A DNA stretch of 49,217 bases, the filler included, from Catajapyx aquilonaris (taxonomy: Eukaryota), in assembly GCA_000934665.2 (NCBI GenBank). It is 2 parts of 2 records of this genome, joined end to end, with 100 filler letters (N's around TTAATTAATTAA, not from the genome) between each part and the next. Parts side by side here need not be neighbours in the genome. Positions count along the whole stretch, not along the records: positions 24,706 to 49,217 come from JYFJ02005497.1; 1 more part is not named here. One strand, written 5' to 3'. Below the pieces are notes generated by a model. That model saw nothing but the letters and a program-made list of their open reading frames with translations, ran no database searches and had not been told where the DNA came from. Both the position numbers and the translations under genes were made by a program. This document shows, piece by piece, positions 34,847-45,300 of the stretch (position 1 is its first letter; each line of letters starts with the position of its first letter).

Positions 34847-36306
34847 TAGGAGCCCTCCACAGTGCTTAATGATTGTTGTCCACTTCAGGCTTTCCATGCT
34901 CGGTCTATGGCTCATCTGGATTTTAGGGGTTTGGCCTATCGTTATCCAAAAGCTCTGTTGGATTTATTTGGAAAGAAAAAGAGCGCCCTCTATTTCCCTC
35001 CCCTCCTATAAATCGTTAGTGTTGAATTCTATGTAAGCAAAGGCAGTGGAATGTTCGCTCCAGCAACCTATTAAAACGAAATCGATTGTCGAGCACTGCA
35101 ATTATTGCAGTGCTCGACAATCGATCCAGAATCTTATCTCTCTCCCGATTATCTCCCATTGAATAATTATTAGAGAGATAAGATTTTGGATTGTTTTCCC
35201 CAGCACGTCAATTTTTAATATTGGCAACACGACAGGGGCACAGGGCCCACACACTTGTCAAAAAGAAAAATTAAAATCCTATAACTTATTGTGACATAAC
35301 TGTACGGACCAGCCAACTTTTGTACTTAGGTATTTCACCTCTTGCATAGTTGGAGACGTGTGAAGCTGCCAATTGTGAATTACTTACACATAGTAGTTAC
35401 TATAGGTTACTTGGCAACACTGCTTGCCCCCCCCCCCCCCCCCCCCCCANCCCCCCCCCCCCGGAAGTAGTACTGTAGGCGACTGTAGGTCCCTACCAGT
35501 TGGCGCATAGGTTGTCCCTCTGCATACTACTGCCACCCTCAGGGGGAAAGTAGTACTACATGCACGTTGGTGATGAGTCACCGCGCGGACAAAGCCCACC
35601 AGGGCGCTGTAACCAGCGCGTGTCTCGCTTCCATTGAAGAGGTTCCCACCCTCTCTGACAGTGATGTGCTCTCTAATCGTTGAACATGGAAAATGAAAGT
35701 TATGGTAAACTACACTATACCTTGACTATACTCTACCTATAGGAGTATAGGTTATGAGTCGAATCGGACAAACAAGGCGGACGGAAAGAATAATTGGGAT
35801 TGGTAGTATGATGAAAATAAAAAAATAAAACTTCGTGCGTATTGGTTATAACATGGTTTTTTCTGCGGTCCCTTGAAGTCTTATATCCGGCGTCAACTAA
35901 CTATAAGTATAACACCCTATGCCAGTCTGCTTTTGTTAGAACATTGCACTCGAAATGTGTCAAATATGATTGCTCCGTTCATTACTATCAGGTCGGACAA
36001 ATGGACCGTGTTATGCAGTAATGTGTCAACCCACAAAATATGTCAAAATTGAGCTAAGCCCAGGAACATACACCTAAAGGATCCCACTTCATTCAGTTAA
36101 AATCACACTGGTGAAATCTGTACCAAAATGTCCCCTTTTCGATAGCCTCTACGTGAATTAATATTTTCAGCCAAATGTCATCGTCAAGTTCGGAAATGAT
36201 CATGTAACTTTAGTGAAAACCTCGCCTTATAGCGGCATATACCTCACCCTATATCGGCATGCCGGTATATAGGCGTATAGCCACCAGATCGTTCATATCT
36301 AAAAAA

Positions 36307-36693
36307 AACTGATCGACCTCGACTATACCGGCATGCCACTCTATCTTTGTGACTGCCCACCCCTTCATGTGATCAAGGCAATGAACGAATACTGTATACT
36401 TCTGCCATAAATGACCGAAAAGAACACTGAATTAATTTCACAGGTAATCCCTGTTCTCATGTGGGTTGACTCATTATTGCATAACACGTTCATTTCTAAA
36501 TAACTGATCGACCTCGGCTATACCGGCATGCCGCTTTATGTGAGGTAATCATCTTTGTGACTGCCCACCCCTTCATGTGATCAAGACCGTTGAATGAATA
36601 CTGTATACTTCTGCCATAAATGACCGAAAAGAACACTAAATTAATTTCACAGGTATCTGTTCTCATGTGGGTTGACTCATTATTGCATAACAC
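36307..36693. repeat. ~190-bp tandem duplication upstream of the E2F promoter
   Basis: 36307-36487 and 36502-36693 both run AACTGATCGACCTCG...TCATTATTGCATAACAC. Confidence 0.9.
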
Positions 36694-36794
36694 CAAGTAA
36701 TCCGACGGAGAGAATATGGCAATTAGGAGAAAGCACACTGACAAGTGAGAGCCAGAACCTACGGGAATAAAAGGCATGGTGTGGGCATTCCCCA

Positions 36795-37045
36795 AAAGTC
36801 ATTTCCGGTCCTGTTGTGTTCGATAAATCAATCAATCCGCCATGGAACATGTTTTCCCGCCATAACCTATCCGGACCCAAGATGGCGACTCTCGAAATCC
36901 AAACCTTCTTCCATCGGAATATTTTCGGCGGGCTGGTCTGATCGCTGATTGGCCAGCCGGTGGGGTGGCAGGGACGATCAGCGAAATAGCAGTTGCGAGG
37001 AACGGCTACTTTTGTGATTGAAATAGCGGGTTAAATAGCGGGCTC
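36795..37045 (+). promoter_or_regulatory. Probable E2F gene promoter
   Basis: ETS-like TTTCCGG ~36802, E2F site TTTTCCCGCCA 36852-36862, YY1-like CAAGATGGCG ~36878, E2F-like ATTTTCGGCGGG 36921-36932, inverted CCAAT CTGATTGG ~36945, TATA-like TTAAATAG 37031; CpG-rich region follows. Confidence 0.6.
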
Positions 37046-37749
37046 TTCATATGTTTGGCAGTGGGAATCATGGTGGGAATGGCTAGTTTCGGTGTGTGTG
37101 GAGCTGCTATGTGTTTGGTTTTCTGGGTGTTCCAGGAGTAGAGCCGGCTGGTGGCAAGGCTCGTAGTAGTGGAGGGTAGCCCCGTGTAGAACTGTGTAGA
37201 GAGGGGAAGGCGCGCGCGGGACACACACTCAGCGACACCCTCCCGCTGCCCACCCTCTCCCCTCTAAAACTCCCCCGGGAAAGGCCCATTAAAAAAAAAA
37301 AATTATAATAATTTTAGAACACCCCAAAAAAGTTAACGCTCCGACATCAAATCGGCCCGCGGTTCTGCCCAGGGGCCAGCAGCATACTTAAACCCTGAGA
37401 GCCTGGGGGAGGGGGGTCTGTTTCCCCCACTGTTACGGAGTTCACCCCGCGCTGTTCACCCCCCCCTCCCCCTCCCCCCAAACCCACCCACCCACCCACC
37501 CGACTCCCCGGCTCACCGTCGAATTCGCACCTGGCCCAGGGGTCGGCCCCCAGTGTAACACCAGGTACTGGGAGAGAGGGGTAAGCACAGCATGCATTTT
37601 TTTTGTCGTACCTTATGGAACACCCTGTAGTTTTTTTTTTGGAGGGGGGAACACACACACAAAGGGTTTGTTTATGGAGCACCCTGTAGGTAGGGAGAGG
37701 GGCTAAATGTACGTTGAATCACCCTGTAGTTTGGGTGGAGACACTTTAG

Positions 37750-38240
37750 GTTCATCCTGTAGTACAGGGTGAGTCAGGTCATGGGGGCGGAACACCACTG
37801 GTCGGTGCGTTCTAAAATGTAAGGTTGTTCCAGGTAGGATTCATCCTGTAGTACAGGGTGAGTCAGGTCATCGTGGGGCGGAACACCACTGGTCGGTGCG
37901 TTCTAAAATGTAAGGTTGTTCCAGGTAGGATTCATCCTGTAGTACAGGGTGAGTCGGATCAGCAGTTGTGGGGGCGGTTGTTCCGGGTAGTACAGGGTGA
38001 GTCAAGTCATGTAGGGCGGAACACCAGATCTGGTCAGTGTTCCATCTTGTAGTACAGGGTGAGTCAGGTCATCAGTTGTGGGGCGGAACACCGGATCTGG
38101 GCAGTGTTCTGTAGTACAGGGTGTCAGCTCAGTTGTGGATCGAACACTGGAGCTGTTCTGAAAGTAGGGTTCATCCTGTAGTACAGGGTGTCAGGTCAGT
38201 TGTGGAGCGGAACACTTGATATTGAGCTGTTCTAAAATGT
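37750..38240. repeat. Degenerate tandem array in the presumed first E2F intron
   Basis: CATCCTGTAGTACAGGGTGAGTCAGGTCAT..GGGCGGAACACC units, about 7 copies. Confidence 0.85.
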
Positions 38241-41200
38241 GGGGGTCATCAGGGGTCATCTGCTGCAAGGTACAGTTAGGTCGCAGGATCAGTTTGGATC
38301 GCCCTGTGTGCAGTGCGACTTGCATTGTTGGAAATATTAGGTCGACCTGAGGTCACTTGTGGGGTGGAACACCGGGTCATGATTGGGCGTTCTAAAATAT
38401 AGAAGGGTCATCGGACTAGGGTCAGACAAGCATATGTTGCAGGATCAGTTGGGAATGCACAGTGCGACTTGCATTTAATGGAAATGGTAGGTCACTTGCG
38501 GCAGATAGGTCGTGGATCATCAGACCATTCGCTGATGGGGGTCACTGGAGGTCAAAGGGCCCCAGCATCATTTTAGGCAGGTGACTCTACAGGGAGAGAA
38601 AAAAGGGGGGGAAAAAGTGAGAGCGAGCAGGGGGGCAGCATTGGGAGGAATTTGTGCCACACCCTGTACTTGGCTCCATTGAGTTGCCCAGCTCACCCAT
38701 TTTGGTAGTTGTGGCTCACCTTGTACTTTGCCACACAAAGGATGAAGGGGGGAGGTGTGTCAAGGGGGGTGGGGCCTAGAGATGGAGGAGCAGATTTGTG
38801 CTCTTTATTTTTGAGTTACCCTGTGCTTTTGGGTTGAGCACCTGGATCCAAATGTACTGACAGCTATGAATCGCATATTCAATAATAATGTACGATCGTA
38901 CGATCACTGCTACCTTAGCAAGAAATATCTGTACACATTTCGGTATTAAAATATAATTGATGCAATAGCAATTACCTGTAAAACACAACTCCTTCATTGC
39001 TGCGACTAATTTATTGTTTTCTGGTTCATGCTGCAAATTTATGAAGCGCCCCTCAATTTCTTGCGAATGTGTACAGCGCATGTTGCGATGACTGCAATTT
39101 TGTGCCGAAATGTTGGTGACACATAGTTGAAGGAAACATGTCCATATCCAACTGAAAATATCGTTGCATTTGGATACCATGTGAACTGGAAGAGAGGGTG
39201 GGAAAATCTACTGCAGAAATTTGCATCATTTTGCCAAAAATAGGGCAATTAGTTTGTGGATTGAAGTGCTCCATTGTTGAAGGCAACAGCTTTTTTTGTA
39301 GGTACATGCGAATGAATTTATGCCCTAGCTTTACTTCTCAAAATGTAGGACTGTTTGGGAATTGACATTGTTGCCATGTTCATACTGAATATTGATCATG
39401 CTGTAACCCACTTTTTTTTTTTTTGGAAACGATTTTGTTGCTACACTGTAGCACATTACTGGCACAGAGAATTCGTAAGCAGGCTAATTATGCTTAATTG
39501 CTAACTATGCACCTGTTAGCTCAACCTAACACAAGCCATGTGGACTTAGCCTAACTCGACCCTGTTTGGTAACAACAAGCTTATCGTGACATTGGGATAA
39601 GGGCAAATAGGCATCAAATCCTATCAATTTGACCGTTATAACTTGCCGGTTAGTATTGCCGAGGAGAGATGAGGGAAAAAAAAATTTCATAGTGTGCAGG
39701 TTTTCATGCCTATTGATGAACAGTGTCCAAAATGGCTTCTCTCCATCCCATTGCATGCTGAACTCTTTTTTTCTCTCTCTCTCCCCTTCCCCTCTCCCAA
39801 CCCTAGCATGGTCAGCATGCATGAAAGTGGGTAATATGAAGCATGAAGTTGGACAGGATTAACTACTCTCGTTATGTGATTCAGGGTGCACCCAGTTTTA
39901 TCACCTGAAGGTGTGTTTACTGATCGTGTATAGCGTGGATTGTAAAAATGCGGTGTGAAGGTGAAGGTCGTATATTTTTGTAAGTTAAATTTATTTTTTT
40001 CACCATGCGCATGTTAGACGATGCTTAGTGCTCCTAGTTCATAGAAAAAATAAGTGGATCCAACATTGTAACTTAACTTGCAATGGAACAAAGAGGTCGT
40101 GCGTTATTTTTTTTGCGGCGCATTCAAAGTGCATTGATAATGTTAGGGTGGCATATCATGCTTGCATTGAATATCTGTGTGATATTAGTCGGCTCTCGGT
40201 TAATTGCAGTTTCAGTTGTCCATGGTTTGAAAGTGTTGAATATTAATAAAAAATATCGCATTAAAATATGACACATTTGTATTGAAGTAGCACATTTCAT
40301 AACTAACCTATTTTATTGTTGTCTTTGCTGATGTCTCATTGTGTATAACAAATTACATATCCTAAGCATGTGTGTTTGCTAAAAACCATATATTACATAG
40401 AATTCCATTATCTGCAGGAGAGCTTGGGACCAATTATTGCGGATAACTGGGGAGCGGACTGTAACATGATAAGTTAATTGCCAATTTATTGCAAACTGCA
40501 TCCATGTAAAATTGTGTTAACAACAAAAAATTCTGGCTTCAATTAGAATAAAAGGGTTATTAATGTGCGTCCATAACTGTACGATCAGGTGCTTTTAAAT
40601 TTACAGTGAAGTGACACGCTTGCTGTACACTACATTGGCCTGTGGGGAACCCCATTAAATGCTGGTGTGTCAAAGTAATGCAGTTTCTATAATAAAATTG
40701 CAAAGAGTTAATTGGTGCTGCCAGCTAGGCGCACTAGATAACATTTGCAGTTACAGTTGGTGGCGGACTGCAAAAAAAAGCTGCTTGCATGAAAGTATGC
40801 GTTCAAATTAATGACAAGTTGAGCATCCACACTTGCTGGTACATTCGGGTTTGTCACGAATACATTTTGCCACCTTATGAGCATATGGTAGGCTATCACA
40901 TGTTAACGTGTCTCGTATTACCTGAGAATATTGTGGTGAGCTCGTATAGTACTTTGAGTAGATTCGGAGTAAATATAGCTTGGATGAATATTACATGTAA
41001 CATGCTCTAGTAGTAGCCTGGTAGTACTCGTAAGAGATTTTTTAAATCAAATGCTGATGAAGTGTTGCTCTTGTTGGTAGTTTTTTTTTTTCTCTCCCAA
41101 GCATTTTGTGGCAGCTCGTCAGACTTGCAGATAATATCATGGGAGGTTGGATATGACAAAAGTAGGATTATGCACAGAGCACAACCACTTGTTTCCTGGA

Positions 41201-41960
41201 TAATCTCATGGCTTCCTTTGTAGGTGTGGCATTGTCAGGTGACTGCTGCATGGCAAACAGAGTTGTGTGGTTTTTTTCCTTTTTTAAAAAAAAACTGAAT
41301 GGCAAAGTCGAAAGAAAAATTTCATATGCTGCCATTTTTGATGGTTTGATAGAGCTGTAATTTTGTGCCTTGTTCTCGCAAGCTGCACATTTTGAAGTAT
41401 TTTTGCTTAGTATTGTAACGGGATGTACTGATGTATAAGTTTGCTGCAGGTTTAAAATGAAATGTTCATCTCATTATCCATACGGCAACTTGTGTATTGG
41501 TCGACGTGAAAGTATCATCCTGATTACAAACAAAAGCTTGCACTCAGACCCATGTTCTGGTACTGAATAGGCTTGGGGTTTTGCCAGTTGTTCATTAACG
41601 TAGAACCACAATGAAAGTGTCACATTAAAAGGCCACCTGGATGATCCTGATGGCTGCATGAAATATTACAATTTTGCTAAAACGTGGATAGTGAAATAAG
41701 CAGCTGTTCATTGTTACGGTAGAAAGAATATATCCACCATCCTCTTGTGGTTCTCGGATTGGTCAAATGCACCGCAGGCAGAGGAGATAACGGACAGACA
41801 TACATGATACGCAACTTTTAGTATGAATTACATTGACCTTTATGAGTGTAGGTTCATCCAAAAGGATATAGTCATCTGCTGTTAGTAAACATTCATATCA
41901 CAGGCAATTAACTAATTGAACCCAACCAATTGTTGTGTTGCAGGTGGAGGCGGGGTGAAG

Positions 41961-42362
41961 ATGCCTCGGAGACCCCACCACCCCCAAGTGCTACAACAGG
42001 CAGGTGTTTCAAAATGCACTCCCTCCACACCCCAGCCCTCACCCCACCTGCGCTTCTCTCCATCTCCCTCCACATCCTCCTCTTCCTCCTCATCCTTATT
42101 CAGCCCTTCTCCTGCCTCCAGATCTGCAACATGTTCTACGCCATTGATGAACATGGTGGTGGTGAAGGAGGAGAGGTTTTCCCCAGCTCCTTCAGCTCCG
42201 TCCCCTTCCTCTTCCTTACACCTGGCCGTCAAGCACGAGACCCCATTATCAGAAGGGGTCTTGTCGACACTGGCTGGCCATGCCTGTCTTCTGGATCATG
42301 AGTACGGCCAGACCCCACAACATCAGGTCATCACCAGACAGATCACTCCCAGGAGGCCTGAG
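41961..42362 (+). CDS. E2F: E2F coding exon 1 (Ser/Pro-rich N-terminus, DHEY motif)
   Basis: Acceptor ttgcag ending 41943, ATG 41961 in AAGATGC context, donor GAG|GTCAGT. Confidence 0.82.
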
Positions 42363-45300
42363 GTCAGTTCTGTTGCCCACCTGCTTGACTTGCATGTACT
42401 CAGCTGTGTTTTTATGTTTTACTGTAATCGGTAATGAGAAGTGTGGTTGTCAGCGATGTCATTTTCATGTCTTAATTATTGCAATATAAAATGTAATATT
42501 TGATGCCCAGCTGAATGTGGCCGACATAAAATTTTTTAAATGATCTCATTCTTCATTGCTATTTTTGCTTCGACCAGAGAATTGTATTGACATCACAATG
42601 GCAGTAGCGGCTTTCAACAATGTCAGCAATGAAACTGGCAATTGAATTGTCAGCACCATCCTCTGGCTGCAGTAATTGCAGAGAACACATTGCATATGTT
42701 TGGTGATATCGAGTGCCTGGGAACCATTTCATGCATACTCACGAGTTCTAACTTTTTGATAGCTGGTTGGAAGAGCCGATACTGCTAAGGCCATTTGATG
42801 ATTTTTTTAAAAATTCTTTCATTAATGTTGATCATTTAAACAGGCCATGTACAGTACAGTTGGGACACTTGGATTGTTATGATGTCAGATACTCTCTCGC
42901 AGTCAGACGTTCTTGTGCAGTGAAACATGATAGTACATATGGACGGAAATAATCAGATATGCACACATGATCAATGGCTGGTGTGTGACGTATCCAACTG
43001 AACTACATTATGCCTCCTTTTACAACTCAGTGTTATCACACTTCCTCTGACGTACAGACTGTCATCACCACCTCATTTTTCTTTGGAATGGGTCAGGAAT
43101 GAACAGATGATGGAAGTGTAGCCTAGTGTAAGGTGTTTTTCTGCCCGAGAAATGTATTATTAGTCATTCCTGTGTGATGTAAACAAAGCAGGTGACGTGG
43201 AAAAAGGTGATGATAGACCCAAAGCTTGTGATATAATTGGACTGGAGTTTAAATGCAGCCCGGAAGTAACTAATTGATCGTATTATTGCGAGCAAAAAGA
43301 TGGCAGGTTGCAGGTTTGGTTTTTTATTGCAGCATACTAGCATAACTAGTTTACAAGAGTGGGGACTGTACATCAACTTCATGTTGCCAATATCTCCTGG
43401 CATTCCAGGGTGTTCTTTATCTTTTCATGACCATTCATCTCCCTCTCTGTGCACAATGGTACATAGCAAGGAGTTTAAGTTCAAACTGTATGATCCCTTT
43501 GCTTTGGAACTTTAAAAAAAATCGAACCTATCTGTGAGCATAACATTTCCTTTGGAAAATATGCCACTTTTTTTCCTCTGGATTATTGGCTTCATACCAG
43601 TGGCACGTCAAGTGCCAGAAGCATAAAAATCTAGATCAGGTGTTAGAAGTACAACTCTACATTATCCACCTTGATTGATGCTTTAACCTGCATTAGTTTT
43701 GATATTAGGAAGTGACGACACTGATTCAGGCACACCCTGTAAATGTTGCAGTCATGTTAAATCAATTGCATTCTGGGGTCCAGTATTGTGCAGTGACCAA
43801 TCACAGTGCAAACGAGTTCCTTGATAGATAAGCATGCTTGTTCGGATTTCTGATGTATCTGCGGTATGATGTTTTTACTTGCACAATGTGCACCTTGCAA
43901 TAGGGGGATCAATTTTTGTGTGTGTGTTGTGATGCAATGAATATGATATAAACTTGCTGATATACTCGGGACATTCACTGTTTTAACTAGTTTATTTGTT
44001 GTGTGGTCAATAGTAAGTCGTTGACTAGTAGCTGTTATTCACAAAGGATTAATTTCTTGTTCTGGATTTACAGTCACGCAACTGGTCCATAGTGAATGGA
44101 TAGTTTACTCGTCAATGTGGGATGGATGATAACTATAAAATCATTTATGACAGAGTGGCTCGTGGTGGATTGTGATTTAAAAATATTATTCTGAGGAAAT
44201 GAATGGGAATTGATCATATTGATCGAAAATTTTAGTTTTATCTGGCCGGTGCCAGGTGTGTGAACATGAGACTACATTGTGTGTCCCGGCAATCTTCCTA
44301 GAACAATTTACTTACGTGTTACTGGGTCTGTAAATGTGGAGTGTGTCATTATGTAGCTAATTCCAGTTTTGATTTTGCATTACACAGTTTGAAACGGTTT
44401 TTCATGTTGCCACAAGTGCTTTGGAAAGTGTTTGGCAGTAAGTTCATACTGTTGTTCCCGAAATAGTCCATATGCGTAGTTATAGGAAGTGCATAAGTTT
44501 AGGAAGTACACATCAGTGCGTGTTATTTGGTTAGATAACTCCAACCACCCTATCAATAGTGAAGCATAGTAAAACAAGGACATGGCTGGTCATTTTGCAC
44601 TCCTTGCATAATTCAGTATTAGCAATTGGTTCAACATTTAGTATTCATGGGTTATTCGTCCTTAAAGATGTATTGTAGTAGGGCATTATGGGTAGGAGTA
44701 TGAATATTTCATGCTTTCGTTGATGTGCTGTGATTTTGGTTTACGTTAGAACTCATTTTGATGAGTTAGGCTAATGATGTCCTAATTTAGAATAGTAGGA
44801 ACTGATGACAGCTGAACATGAAGTCAAGTGAATGACCATGTATTCATTTCAACAAAATGTTCATGGAGTGAATGATACTCAAATATTTCCGTGATATGGA
44901 AAATCCCGTTTCATACCTCCTCCTTGATATCACGTTATGCTTGTGATGTCCTGCACTGACCCTTTTTAAAATCTAATATTTATGTCGATGATTGAGCAGC
45001 AGGTGAAGCGGCGCCTGAACTTGGAAGTGACACCCAATCCTGCACCACCGAATTCTGCTGATGGGTTCAAGACGCCCAAGGCCAGGAGGATGAGGAGCCT
45101 GTCTGGAACCAGCTCCTTTTCTCCTAGTCCCACTGCCAAAGGTAAGATCAACTGGTTACAGGCATGTGTGTGTCTTGCTGTTTTTCCAACATGCAGCAGG
45201 TTTTTGACTAGTGCAAGTTGAATTGACATCTGGACCACATGCAAAGGTTTGTGAAAAGTACTTAATCATTCATTGTAAGCACACATTAGGGCAATTTATC

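Noticed and set aside
42320..45030. Drosophila-type PIP degron before VKRR in E2F
   Set aside because: No aromatic pair in the preceding sequence ([13 protein letters not shown]).
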